A stretch of 64,000 bases of DNA from a virus. Taxonomy: Duplodnaviria > Caudoviricetes. Each line of letters starts with the position of its first letter. Within the stretch, counting starts at the first letter, position 1. Both the position numbers and the translations under genes were made by a program. The stretch covers positions 128,001 through 192,000 of the IMG/VR virus record IMGVR_UViG_3300020048_000009. One strand, written 5' to 3'. This document shows positions 17,896 through 27,796 of the stretch, piece after piece. The notes beneath the pieces were generated by a model that saw only the letters and a list, made by a program, of their open reading frames with translations, was not told where the DNA came from and ran no database searches.

Positions 17896-18369
17896 ATGGT
17901 TCAAAATTTTATAAATTTATCAAATGGATTATTGGCAATTAAAGAATATAATTTAACAGATTATAAAATTCTTAGAATTCAATCATCACATTGTGAGCAA
18001 AAACTATTTGAAGATATTTTAGTCGGTTTATCTGATGATTTTTTATTTAGAGTTGCAATGGGTGATGAAGTAATTGTTTATGATTATGGTGCAAAGAAAA
18101 AAACACCAAGAGCAATTTGGCAGGGCTTAGAATTTATTAAGTATGTTCTACATAAAAGATGGAAAGATGAAGAATATACCCCTATTTATAGAGATAAAAA
18201 CGTATTGCGGATATATTACGGACAAGAAATGAAGAAACTAAGCAGGGGCACAAAAAACAAAATAGATTATTATAAAAAGTTTTTCAAGGGCGTAATTAAT
18301 ATTAAAGCAATAACAAAAAGTACAAAATTTGATGGAGATACTAACGTATTATTGGAGTGTTTAAAATGA
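17896..18369 (+). CDS. Conserved phage hypothetical protein
   Basis: NFINLSNG..RIQSSHCEQK; AAGGA SD before ATG 17896. Confidence 0.6.
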   Translation: MVQNFINLSNGLLAIKEYNLTDYKILRIQSSHCEQKLFEDILVGLSDDFLFRVAMGDEVIVYDYGAKKKTPRAIWQGLEFIKYVLHKRWKDEEYTPIYRDKNVLRIYYGQEMKKLSRGTKNKIDYYKKFFKGVINIKAITKSTKFDGDTNVLLECLK

Positions 18370-18797
18370 AAGTAGAAATGGCAACATATGAACAAGCATT
18401 AAGTTACGCGACATTAATGCATAAGGGACAAAAGCGTATATCTGGCGAAGATTATATTACACACCCGATTAATGTAGCAAAAAGATGTAAATCTGATAGG
18501 GCTAAAATTGTTGCTCTATTTCATGACTTGTTTGAGGATACGGTAGCAAGATATGTTGATGTTTCTGTTTTATTAGCGTATGATGAAGAAATGATGGAAG
18601 CATTAAATCTTTTAACTCGTGATGAAAAAGAGACATATAAAGAATTCATTCAGAAAATTAAAGATTCTGGCAACCTATTAGCAATAGAAGTTAAAATTGC
18701 AGATTTGCAAGATAACTTATCATCAGTTGATATATTACCGCCAGAAAAACGTTCACTAAAAACTAGATATTTAGCGGCATTAAAGGTATTACAATGA
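18366..18797 (+). CDS. HD-domain (RelA/SpoT hydrolase-like) protein
   Basis: HKGQKRISGEDYITHP, ALFHDLFED, VKIADLQDN. Confidence 0.85.
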   Translation: MKVEMATYEQALSYATLMHKGQKRISGEDYITHPINVAKRCKSDRAKIVALFHDLFEDTVARYVDVSVLLAYDEEMMEALNLLTRDEKETYKEFIQKIKDSGNLLAIEVKIADLQDNLSSVDILPPEKRSLKTRYLAALKVLQ

Positions 18798-19003
18798 AAC
18801 CAAGTATAAAAGTCGTAGAAATCTATGCCGATGCAGCAGAATCTTTTAGACATGATCAAGGTATTGATCTTGAAAAAGAAACGTATAATGAATTGGTTAG
18901 GAATTGTGAAGTACCAGAAGGTACACAAATAGAATGGAAATATTATACATATGATCCATTAAGTACAACACCAAATAAGAAAATTTACTTAAAAACAAAA
19001 TAG
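18794..19003 (+). CDS. Hypothetical protein
   Basis: ATGA overlap; ends TAG GAA TAA. Confidence 0.5.
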   Translation: MKPSIKVVEIYADAAESFRHDQGIDLEKETYNELVRNCEVPEGTQIEWKYYTYDPLSTTPNKKIYLKTK

Positions 19004-19014
19004 GAATAAAAATC

Positions 19015-20169
19015 ATGTTAAAATTACAAACATTACTTCAATCAATGCCCTTTGAAAAGGCAAAAGAAATACTTTCACTTCCGCCTTATAGTTTTAAGGT
19101 TCAAGAAAATGATCATTATGTTTTATTTGCATATAATCAAATTGAAACAGATATGTCTTTACCTGAAGCTATTGAAGCTCGTGGTATTATTTTTGAAAAA
19201 AATGCAGACTTTACACCTGTTTGTGTTCCGTTCTTTAAGTTCTGGAACTATGGTGAATCCAAAGCTTCTGTTTTAGACCATTCTTCTCTTTCTATTTATG
19301 AAAAAGTAGACGGTTCTCTTATTAAGATTTGGTGGTCAAATATTTATGATAAGTGGGTTATTTCTACAAATAATACACTAGATGCATATACTGCAGGTCT
19401 TGGTGATAATCCGCATTTTAATAATTTCGGTGAATTAGTAGAAGATATTTTAAAACAAAAGGGTATTATTAATTTCGAAACCGATGCTAATTTTAGCAAG
19501 GGTAATACCTATATGTTTGAATTAACTTCTATTTATAATAAAGTTGTTATTCGCCATGTTAAATCTGATTTAACATTTTTGGGTTATAGAGATAATTCAA
19601 CGCTTCAAGAATTTGAACCCTATGATATTTATCTTAATAACGAAATTGTTCTAAATAAAGTTAAGAAGTATCCCTTAATGTCTATAGATGATATTCTTAA
19701 GGCTTGTGAAATTATGCATGGTGAACAAGAAGGCTTTGTTCTTGTAGATAAAAACTTTAATAGAGTTAAAGTTAAGTCTCCTTTCTATGTTACATTACAT
19801 CACGCTAAAGATAATGGCCAATTTACTTCTGAAAAGGCTATTAGAATTATTCAAATAAATGAAGTAGATGAATTTTTAACATACTTCCCTGAATTTAAGC
19901 CTTTCTTTGATGAAATAATTGTTTTAGTAGATGATTATGTTTCAGATATGGCACAATGTTTATGTATTGTTTTAGATGGTGTTGAATTTTTATCTAGAAA
20001 AGATATTGCGTTACAACTTAAATCACATAAAGCAGCCTGGTATGGTTTTATGGTTTTAGATAAAATTCTTAAACATGAAGTATATCAAATGCCAAGAGAT
20101 TGTTTTGAAAAGATGGATTCATCCAGAGCAGCAAAGTTTATAGGAGAAAAGTCAATTAAAGTGGCTTAA
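19015..20169 (+). CDS. RNA ligase, T4 Rnl1-like
   Basis: EARGIIF, PFFKFWNYGE, YEKVDGSLI (motif I), EGFVLVD, RVKVKSPFY. Confidence 0.9.
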   Translation: MLKLQTLLQSMPFEKAKEILSLPPYSFKVQENDHYVLFAYNQIETDMSLPEAIEARGIIFEKNADFTPVCVPFFKFWNYGESKASVLDHSSLSIYEKVDGSLIKIWWSNIYDKWVISTNNTLDAYTAGLGDNPHFNNFGELVEDILKQKGIINFETDANFSKGNTYMFELTSIYNKVVIRHVKSDLTFLGYRDNSTLQEFEPYDIYLNNEIVLNKVKKYPLMSIDDILKACEIMHGEQEGFVLVDKNFNRVKVKSPFYVTLHHAKDNGQFTSEKAIRIIQINEVDEFLTYFPEFKPFFDEIIVLVDDYVSDMAQCLCIVLDGVEFLSRKDIALQLKSHKAAWYGFMVLDKILKHEVYQMPRDCFEKMDSSRAAKFIGEKSIKVA

Positions 20170-20171
20170 TT

Positions 20172-20855
20172 ATGGCAAAAGAATTATATATATGGGGCGA
20201 TCCACATTTAAATCATGATAATATTAGACGTTTTTGTGGGCGTCCCTTTCCTACGGTTAAGGAAATGAATGAAGCATTGATTAGCAATTATAATGAGGTT
20301 GTTAATCCTAAAGATGATGTTATAATTGTTGGTGATTTTGCTTGGAGTGATCATAACCATTTTCTAGCACAATTACATGGTAGAAAAACACTAATAATCG
20401 GTAATCATGACAAAATGCCAGAAGCGGTACTTAGAAACTTTACTCAAGTTATTGGAACACCGACAAAACCAGGTATTTTAGAAACATGTATTGCTGGACA
20501 AAAAATATCGTTTAGTCATTATCCATTATATTCATGGAATGCTTCATTTCATGGAAGTTGGAATATTCATGGTCATTGCCACGGAAGATTAACAGAATTT
20601 GATGATCTTCTAAGAACAGATGCGGGTGTAGATTTATATAATTTCTATCCTGTTAATTTTGAAGTTCTAAAATTAAAATTACAAAGTAGAGTTCCCGCTT
20701 GGAAGAAGAAAATGGAAGAAGTTCATCCAGAAGGTGATGAGACATCTTTATCTAAAAATAAAACAGAATCTTTAAAGTTTAAACAAATGTTTGAAGAACA
20801 AAAAGCTAAAAATACAAATCTACTTAAAGTAGACTATACATATAGAAAGGCTTAA
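20172..20855 (+). CDS. Calcineurin-like metallophosphoesterase
   Basis: GDPH, VGDFA, IGNHD, SHYP, HGHCH. Confidence 0.9.
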   Translation: MAKELYIWGDPHLNHDNIRRFCGRPFPTVKEMNEALISNYNEVVNPKDDVIIVGDFAWSDHNHFLAQLHGRKTLIIGNHDKMPEAVLRNFTQVIGTPTKPGILETCIAGQKISFSHYPLYSWNASFHGSWNIHGHCHGRLTEFDDLLRTDAGVDLYNFYPVNFEVLKLKLQSRVPAWKKKMEEVHPEGDETSLSKNKTESLKFKQMFEEQKAKNTNLLKVDYTYRKA

Positions 20856-20856
20856 A

Positions 20857-21531
20857 ATGGACACACCGACATATTACGATAATGTATGTAATGAAGCATT
20901 AGATCTTCAAAAACAAATGAATTTAACAGACGTCCAAACCCTTCTTTATAATCATATTTGTAGGGGTGATTTCTATCTTAGGAATGAAGATGGCCAACAT
21001 TTTTATGATATTAATAATGAAGGTTTCGGTTATTTTGGTGAACGTGCTTGGGTTAAGAGACAATTTAGTAAACTTGTAAATGCGGGTTTAGTAAAATTTG
21101 AGTCTTTAAGAGATTGCAGGTCAAAACAATGTACTTCTTGGGTTTGGTATTTACCTAAATTTAATTATAACGATTTGGTTGATGCTTGTTGCTATGTTAC
21201 TACACATAATTTAGCAATGATCAAAGACCGTTTCAATCTCCCAGATGGATTTTCTAAAGTTGGTAAATATGGAGATTTAGAATTAATTAAGAACAATGAA
21301 GGTTATACTTTTAAGTATAAAGGCGAAGAAAGTATATATTCTTGGGATTATGATGGTAAAGGTATAAAAGAAGATTTGACGGATATAACAGGACAACCAA
21401 CATGGGAATCCGCTCAATATTATGATTCATTTTCTGAGATGTCGCATGATATTATATCGTTCATGGTTAATGACGGGTATAAATTAAAAAATGTTAAGGG
21501 ATATACACAAAAACGGAGGTTTAAAATCTAA
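20857..21531 (+). CDS. Hypothetical protein
   Basis: 224-aa ORF, operon packing. Confidence 0.6.
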   Translation: MDTPTYYDNVCNEALDLQKQMNLTDVQTLLYNHICRGDFYLRNEDGQHFYDINNEGFGYFGERAWVKRQFSKLVNAGLVKFESLRDCRSKQCTSWVWYLPKFNYNDLVDACCYVTTHNLAMIKDRFNLPDGFSKVGKYGDLELIKNNEGYTFKYKGEESIYSWDYDGKGIKEDLTDITGQPTWESAQYYDSFSEMSHDIISFMVNDGYKLKNVKGYTQKRRFKI

Positions 21532-21532
21532 A

Positions 21533-21937
21533 ATGAGTAATGTAATTAAAATTCGAGTTGAAACATCACAAATAGTGGAAACATGTAAACAAGCGGTTGA
21601 AAAACTTGCTATTTATAAAGCTAAAAAATATGAAGAATTGCTTTTAGCTATGGTTAGACCAGTAGAATATAGTTTTTTTGGTTTAATAAAAACACAAAGC
21701 GCTGTTGATAGAGAAAAAGCTATTGAAATTATTAAAAATTGTGAATTTTATGACTATTATGAGCGTTATGCTGGAAAGGCAACCCAAATTTATTACGAAT
21801 ATAGAAGTCAATATGAAGGTCTTAAAGAATTAATGTTAAAATTAATTCCATATGCTCCTGATAGTACTGAAGGCTCAATGCTTTTGCCGCTTGATGCATG
21901 GAATGAAATTTGTAATATTTCATTGATGAAAGTATAA
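21533..21937 (+). CDS. Hypothetical protein
   Basis: Start at ATG right after the upstream stop. Confidence 0.55.
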   Translation: MSNVIKIRVETSQIVETCKQAVEKLAIYKAKKYEELLLAMVRPVEYSFFGLIKTQSAVDREKAIEIIKNCEFYDYYERYAGKATQIYYEYRSQYEGLKELMLKLIPYAPDSTEGSMLLPLDAWNEICNISLMKV

Positions 21938-21939
21938 CC

Positions 21940-22464
21940 ATGAAAACATTAGATAAATATGCATTTAAAAATGCTACATGCGTTACAATGCAAACGTTGA
22001 TTGGTGTTTCTACTAGAAGGTTTCCAGTAGATCACGGTAATTGTTTTTCTATTAAATGTGATAATAATATACAGTATAAAATTGTTAATTTTGTATTAGA
22101 AAATTTAGAAAGATTGGTAGAAAAAAAGATTATAAATTGGCCTATTAGAATTCTTCCAATTTCAGAAAGACACGCAGTAATTATAGATGAAAGAATTCCT
22201 GAAAAGTGGTATAGTAAAAAATATTGTGAAGTTTGCTGTCCGTTTGATTTATTACCTCATAATCAAAAAATGTCATATGTTAGAAAATTATTGACTAAAG
22301 AAATTGAAGAAATTGAATGTCAAGATGGTTCTATTATAGTAAAAAGAGAATTTAAAACGCCGCCACAAAGAACATTAAAACCAGGATGGACTGTACAACA
22401 AGAAACTGATAGTGGTATTATATACTGTGATAGTATTCCGGTAAATTTAAAAAAGAAAATATGA
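21940..22464 (+). CDS. Hypothetical protein
   Basis: Operon packing. Confidence 0.55.
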   Translation: MKTLDKYAFKNATCVTMQTLIGVSTRRFPVDHGNCFSIKCDNNIQYKIVNFVLENLERLVEKKIINWPIRILPISERHAVIIDERIPEKWYSKKYCEVCCPFDLLPHNQKMSYVRKLLTKEIEEIECQDGSIIVKREFKTPPQRTLKPGWTVQQETDSGIIYCDSIPVNLKKKI

Positions 22465-22772
22465 GAATTAATAAAATTATATGTATACTTTTAGCTTTTT
22501 CTTTTATATGTGGATGTGCCACATATTTTGAAAGAAGTGAGTATCCTAGATATAACCAGTATTATCCTGCAACTAAAAGGGATTATGAAGTATTATCTAC
22601 TGTAACACATGATATTATTTATGGAACAGGATCTCCTCACAATGTAGGGGGTGAAATAGGTGTTCTTTTGTCTCCGATAATAATTCCATGTTTTTTAATA
22701 GATTTACCTATTTCTATAACATTTGATACGTTGTTTTTCCCTCTTGATTATTTCGATAAAAACTCAAACTAA
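22461..22772 (+). CDS. YceK/YidQ-like lipoprotein
   Basis: Signal peptide with lipobox ICGC; IDLPISITFDTLFFP motif. Confidence 0.7.
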   Translation: MRINKIICILLAFSFICGCATYFERSEYPRYNQYYPATKRDYEVLSTVTHDIIYGTGSPHNVGGEIGVLLSPIIIPCFLIDLPISITFDTLFFPLDYFDKNSN

Positions 22773-22854
22773 AATATAAAACGTTGGTATATTTTAACCT
22801 CTATGTTATGTATAGTATTATACATAACATTTCGTATTTATAAGGAGCAATTAT

Positions 22855-23208
22855 ATGGGTTACATGGGATTAGAGAATTATATGGCATCTGATGAAGCAT
22901 CAGATTTTGTTTGTACTGTTCTTGGAAGCATTGAAAAAGACTGCGAAAAACAACTTAAAAATAAAGCCAATGAGTATAATACTCCAGGATATGTTAATAT
23001 TGCTCTATTTGCTGAAGCATTTTTAAAGAATATTTCAATCTATTCAGATGATAAGCTATATAAGATTTTAGAGCAAGTAAAAAACAAGCTTGATGAACAA
23101 GTAAAAGCTATTAAGAAAATGGAATATTGGAAAGACCAACAAATGCATATTACAGCATTTAAACGGATGTCCAAAAATATTAAGAAAATTTTAGAAAATG
23201 CCTATTAA
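22855..23208 (+). CDS. Hypothetical protein
   Basis: AAGGAG SD. Confidence 0.55.
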   Translation: MGYMGLENYMASDEASDFVCTVLGSIEKDCEKQLKNKANEYNTPGYVNIALFAEAFLKNISIYSDDKLYKILEQVKNKLDEQVKAIKKMEYWKDQQMHITAFKRMSKNIKKILENAY

Positions 23209-23219
23209 AAGGGCGTGTT

Positions 23220-23354
23220 ATGATAGTAAGCGATTTAATAGAACTATTAAAAAGTATGCCGCCAGATAAACACGTTAAAATATGTGCAGGCTATACTTTT
23301 TTGTTACAGGGTGTAACATGTTCTGACGATGATGATTATGTTGAATTATATTAA
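23220..23354 (+). CDS. Hypothetical 44-aa protein (not in track)
   Basis: MIVSDLIELLKSMPPDKHV...; AAGGG SD; fills the gap. Confidence 0.45.
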   Translation: MIVSDLIELLKSMPPDKHVKICAGYTFLLQGVTCSDDDDYVELY

Positions 23355-23372
23355 TTAAATAAAGGAATAAAA

Positions 23373-24374
23373 ATGAACGATAACAAACTTAATTCAATCG
23401 GTTTCTATACAATGTATGATGAGCGCGTCAGTAAAGTTTCAGCGACTTCACAAATGAAGCGTTGTGAACTTATTATTACAGAATATTGTAATTTCAAGTG
23501 TCCTTATTGCCGTGGTCTTGCTGATTATATCTATGGTAATAGAAAGATCAAGCAATTGACATTTAAGGAAATTTGTTATATCATCGATCAGTGGTGTAAG
23601 CTTGAGCCTTTGGAGAGTATCAGATTTTCTGGTGGAGAACCTACTCTTCATCCCGATATTGTAGATGTTATCAAATATGCGAAGGCAAAAGGTATTAAGA
23701 ATATCGCAATTTCTACAAATGGATCTTCTCCTCAGGAATTATATGATCAGCTGTTAGAAGCAGGTGTTAATGACTGCTCAATTTCATTAGATGCTTGTTG
23801 TGCAGAAGATGGCGATCATATGGCTGGTGATAAGAAGGGTGCTTGGGATATTTTAACAAAAAACATTGCATATATCGCTAAGAAATGTTATGTTACTGTT
23901 GGTGTAGTTTTAACTCCTGAAAATGTTGATAAAACTATTGATACTGTTAGATTTGCTCATACATTAGGTGTTGCCGATATTCGTATTATCAGTGCTGCTC
24001 AGTGGAATCAGCCAATTCCTAGACTTAATGAAATTGAACAGGAAATTTTAGAAGCACACCCAATTCTAAAATATCGTGTTGGACATTTCGCAAATGGTGT
24101 TAATGTTAGAGGTATTTCTGATACTGATAGCAAGAGATGCTCACTTGGTTACGACGACGCAATCGTAGCGGGTGAATATGCGTTCCCATGCATTATCTAT
24201 ATGCGGGAAGGTGGTAAACCTATCTGTAAGGTGGGAGATGATATGCGTGAACGTAAGATAGAATGGTTAAAGACACATAACACACATCTTGACCCTATTT
24301 GTAAAAAGAATTGCCTGGACGTGTGCGTTTCGTACAACTGCAAATACAGAGAAATTCATGGAGAACAAGCTTAA
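23373..24374 (+). CDS. Radical SAM protein (MoaA/PqqE-like)
   Basis: CNFKCPYC, FSGGEPTLH, ISTNG, ISLDA. Confidence 0.9.
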   Translation: MNDNKLNSIGFYTMYDERVSKVSATSQMKRCELIITEYCNFKCPYCRGLADYIYGNRKIKQLTFKEICYIIDQWCKLEPLESIRFSGGEPTLHPDIVDVIKYAKAKGIKNIAISTNGSSPQELYDQLLEAGVNDCSISLDACCAEDGDHMAGDKKGAWDILTKNIAYIAKKCYVTVGVVLTPENVDKTIDTVRFAHTLGVADIRIISAAQWNQPIPRLNEIEQEILEAHPILKYRVGHFANGVNVRGISDTDSKRCSLGYDDAIVAGEYAFPCIIYMREGGKPICKVGDDMRERKIEWLKTHNTHLDPICKKNCLDVCVSYNCKYREIHGEQA

Positions 24375-24663
24375 CATAGAAAGATTTCCAGCATTCGAAT
24401 TTACCTTTGATAAATGGAGTGCCGGAAGTTTATATAACCTTGGCATAGATGGACATAAACATCTAATGTTTAGATATGCCATGCGTTATATTAGACAATA
24501 TGCAATTGGTTATTGTCATGTTGAGTATATTCAAGTTCGACCGAAGCTTGATTGCGTAGCTGTTATGTTTTTCAAAGACGAAGTACAATTTTGGACACAT
24601 TTAACTTTTTCCGAGTTTAGAAGAATATTCCCGGAAGTTCCTAACGATGAAATTTATGAATAA
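24358..24663 (+). CDS. Hypothetical protein
   Basis: Likely start at MENKL overlapping the upstream stop. Confidence 0.5.
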   Translation: MENKLNIERFPAFEFTFDKWSAGSLYNLGIDGHKHLMFRYAMRYIRQYAIGYCHVEYIQVRPKLDCVAVMFFKDEVQFWTHLTFSEFRRIFPEVPNDEIYE

Positions 24664-25057
24664 GAATTTAAATAATATAGAATTTTTAAGAAAATTAGCA
24701 TTTACTGATTTATTAACTAAATGCTATAATAGAAATTGGTTAAAGTATTGTTATGACAGTACTCTTAATGCTTCTACTTATTATTTATTCATAGATATTA
24801 AGAATTTAAGGGGTATTAATAATGATTCCGGGTATTTACATGGTGATACCACGTTAAAAAATACAGGAATATATTTAAAAAAATTCGGAGATGTTGTTCG
24901 TCTTGGTGGTGATGAATTTCTTGTTATCTGTAAAAATGAAGATATATATTTAAAGGCTTTATCCTATAAGTATAAGAAATTTCATATTACAGGTGTTAAG
25001 AGTTGTAGTCCTATAACTCGAATAATCGAAAAATTAGATAAGAAGTTAAAAAAGTAA
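24647..25057 (+). CDS. Stand-alone GGDEF (diguanylate cyclase-like) protein
   Basis: TDLLTKCYNR, FIDIKNLRGINN..GYLHGD, RLGGDEF. Confidence 0.85.
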   Translation: MKFMNKNLNNIEFLRKLAFTDLLTKCYNRNWLKYCYDSTLNASTYYLFIDIKNLRGINNDSGYLHGDTTLKNTGIYLKKFGDVVRLGGDEFLVICKNEDIYLKALSYKYKKFHITGVKSCSPITRIIEKLDKKLKK

Positions 25058-25119
25058 GGTATATTTTAATGATGATATTACTTATAATATCATCATTAAG
25101 TATTTATTAAGGAGAACAT

Positions 25120-25368
25120 ATGTTAATGATTATTGGTTGGTATTTTATTGGTTTAATTGGAATAACGTCATTTTTATGGCTTTTAGACGAATTACCGTCT
25201 TTAAACCAAATTATGGTAAAAGATATACTTACGGTATGTTTTTTTAGTTCATTTGGACTATTCGTATTTGCAGGTCATATATTATATTTTATTATATTTT
25301 TAGTTATTACTATTCAACCGATTTTAAATACAAAAATTGTTGATATTTTTAAAAGAAAGACAAAATAA
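25120..25368 (+). CDS. Small membrane protein
   Basis: Hydrophobic; AAGGAG SD. Confidence 0.55.
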   Translation: MLMIIGWYFIGLIGITSFLWLLDELPSLNQIMVKDILTVCFFSSFGLFVFAGHILYFIIFLVITIQPILNTKIVDIFKRKTK

Positions 25369-25369
25369 T

Positions 25370-25534
25370 ATGAAAATTAAAACAATATATGATATTAAAC
25401 CATTATGGTTGAGAAGAGTTTGTGTGATATTTTTAGGTGTTCCATGCCTTATATTTATAATGTTTGGTACAGCCTGTTGTGAATGCTGTTCAGGTGTTAG
25501 GCAATTTATTAAAATATGGAAAAATGAAGTTTAA
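25370..25534 (+). CDS. Small membrane protein
   Basis: Single hydrophobic stretch. Confidence 0.45.
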   Translation: MKIKTIYDIKPLWLRRVCVIFLGVPCLIFIMFGTACCECCSGVRQFIKIWKNEV

Positions 25535-25586
25535 AATATAAAACAAGAATTAATGACTTATGCAACACTAACGGAGGTAAATTAAC

Positions 25587-26765
25587 ATGAGAAATCTAGC
25601 ATCTATACAGACAGTTGATAAAATTATTGAAATTCCTAAAGCGAATACTATTGAATTAGTTACATTTAAAAATGTGGCTTGGCAATGTGTCGCTAAAAAA
25701 GGTGAATTTGTACCTGGTGGTTTATGCGTTTATTTTGAAATCGATTCTCTTTTACCCAAAGAAAATACAGCTTTTGCTTTCATGGAAGCTCGTAAATTCA
25801 GAGTTAAAACCGTAAAATTCATGACTGAATATTTATCACAGGGTCTTGCGTTACCTATTTCAGCTTTTCCCGAGCTTGATATTGAAAAAATGGCAGATGG
25901 TTTAGACGTTACAGAAGTATTAAAAATCACCAAGTATGAAAATGATGCAGGTGATGATGAAGAAGCTGTAGAAGAAATGTCTAAAAATAGAAAGAAATAT
26001 GGAAAATTTAGAAATCTATTAATGAAGTATAAAATTGGTAGATTTATTGTTCGTACCTTTATCGGTAATAAACCTACTGGTAATTTTCCTACACACCTTT
26101 GTGCCAAAACCGATGAAACACGTATTCAAAATCTAGTTTCTTTATTTGAAAAGGCGAAGGGTATTGAATTCATTATATCTGAAAAATTAGAAGGTCAATC
26201 TGGTACATATATTCTACAAAAAGGTAAATTCTTTAGAAAAAATACCTTTTATGTATGTAGTAGAAATAATTGCTATCCGACAAAGATTCCTAATAACTTC
26301 TGGTATATTGCAGATAAGTATAAAATCCAAGAAATACTTGAAAGTCTTATGAGAAGTTTTAAGGATGCAACACATATAACACTACAAGGCGAAATTGTAG
26401 GACCAAAAGTTCAGAAAAATATCTATAAATTAGAAGATCTAGAGTTTTATGCGTTCAATATAGTTGTAACCTTTAAAAATGGCGATGTTACAGCTTTTAA
26501 CCCTAAATTTATAAAAGCCTTACTAGAAATAGTATATGAACATACAGTAAAGGCGGAAAATAAAATTACACATTGTCCTATTTTAGGTACATGTATCTTA
26601 GGTGTCACACCTGGATATAGAACAGTTGAAGAAATTTTACAATCTGCTGAAGGATGTTCAACTCTTTTCAATACACATAGAGAAGGATTAGTTCTTAGAA
26701 ACATGGGAATGCATTATTCTTTCAAAGCCGTATCAAATGCATATCTATTAAAACGCGGCTACTAA
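25587..26765 (+). CDS. RNA ligase, DRB0094 family (N-terminal OB domain)
   Basis: RNLASIQ, VYFEIDS, SQGL, KTDETRIQN, SEKLEG, QGEIVG, REGLV, FKAVSNAYL. Confidence 0.9.
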   Translation: MRNLASIQTVDKIIEIPKANTIELVTFKNVAWQCVAKKGEFVPGGLCVYFEIDSLLPKENTAFAFMEARKFRVKTVKFMTEYLSQGLALPISAFPELDIEKMADGLDVTEVLKITKYENDAGDDEEAVEEMSKNRKKYGKFRNLLMKYKIGRFIVRTFIGNKPTGNFPTHLCAKTDETRIQNLVSLFEKAKGIEFIISEKLEGQSGTYILQKGKFFRKNTFYVCSRNNCYPTKIPNNFWYIADKYKIQEILESLMRSFKDATHITLQGEIVGPKVQKNIYKLEDLEFYAFNIVVTFKNGDVTAFNPKFIKALLEIVYEHTVKAENKITHCPILGTCILGVTPGYRTVEEILQSAEGCSTLFNTHREGLVLRNMGMHYSFKAVSNAYLLKRGY

Positions 26766-26800
26766 AATTGTATCTGTAGCAGATACAATATGGAGCAAAT

Positions 26801-27010
26801 ATGATAGATAAACATATATATATTGAAGGTTGGAGAGATTGGCCAAAAGAATCTTTTGGTGGATGGGCGCCTGGAAATTATGAGTATTCTATTATTTGTA
26901 GAAAATGTAATGGTAGTTACGTTGGAAGCAAATATTCATACCATTGTTATCCATGCGCATTGAAACAATATGAAGAAGATATTCAAAAGAATTTAGGAAG
27001 CGGAATATGA
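26801..27010 (+). CDS. Small Cys-rich hypothetical protein
   Basis: GGWAPGNY..CRKC..CYPCA; GGAG SD. Confidence 0.55.
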   Translation: MIDKHIYIEGWRDWPKESFGGWAPGNYEYSIICRKCNGSYVGSKYSYHCYPCALKQYEEDIQKNLGSGI

Positions 27011-27228
27011 AAATTAATATTAATAATAGATGTAAAGTTATTCTTACAGAAAATGCTCTTGAATCATTATGTTTTAGTAAAGATGAAATTAAAAGACTTA
27101 ATAAAGATACAAGAGAATATACCGATGAATTATGGTCTTTAATGAACACTTTTGGTGAATATTTTAAAGCAGCTGGCGATAACCAAATATTTGAAAATAA
27201 TGAAATAGAAATTATAGAAGGTACATAA
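27007..27228 (+). CDS. Hypothetical protein
   Basis: ATGA overlap. Confidence 0.55.
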   Translation: MKININNRCKVILTENALESLCFSKDEIKRLNKDTREYTDELWSLMNTFGEYFKAAGDNQIFENNEIEIIEGT

Positions 27229-27284
27229 TGAGGGCTAAGTTATATTTAGTTCCAGATAATGCATTTTAAGGAGTGGTAAAAATT

Positions 27285-27773
27285 ATGAAAATTAAAATAA
27301 GAGATTATGGCCAAAATGGAAAAGAAATTTCTATTAAAGTAAAAAATAATGGAAAAACTTCTACTAAAAAGTTTTATTATACTCCCTCACAATTTGGTTC
27401 ATCGGAAAGTTTTGAGGCTAAATCTAATACAAAGACTCCTATTTTTGTATTACTTAATATGTTATTAGAAGATATTGGACAAAAAGATGCATTACAAGTA
27501 TCCAAAGAACAAATTAAAGCCAAAAAAGAAGCAGAAAAGGCTCGTGAACATAGAATTAATGAAACAGTAAAAGCATTTAAAGCTATGTGTAAAAAAGAAT
27601 TGAAAGATAGAAAAGCCAAAGGTTTATGTAATGCAATATTATATCATGGACCAGGACATCAATCTAAAACATTTTGTGAATGCAAAGGTCCACATAAAAA
27701 ACATAAATGTAATTTTGGTAGATATGATGAAACAGAAGAATGGACAGGAATGAAGGGATATGCAGGGTATTAA
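27285..27773 (+). CDS. Hypothetical protein with C-terminal Cys/His cluster
   Basis: AAGGAG SD; HGPGHQSKTFCECKGPH. Confidence 0.55.
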   Translation: MKIKIRDYGQNGKEISIKVKNNGKTSTKKFYYTPSQFGSSESFEAKSNTKTPIFVLLNMLLEDIGQKDALQVSKEQIKAKKEAEKAREHRINETVKAFKAMCKKELKDRKAKGLCNAILYHGPGHQSKTFCECKGPHKKHKCNFGRYDETEEWTGMKGYAGY

Positions 27774-27796
27774 TATGAACCTAAATAAAGGACAAT

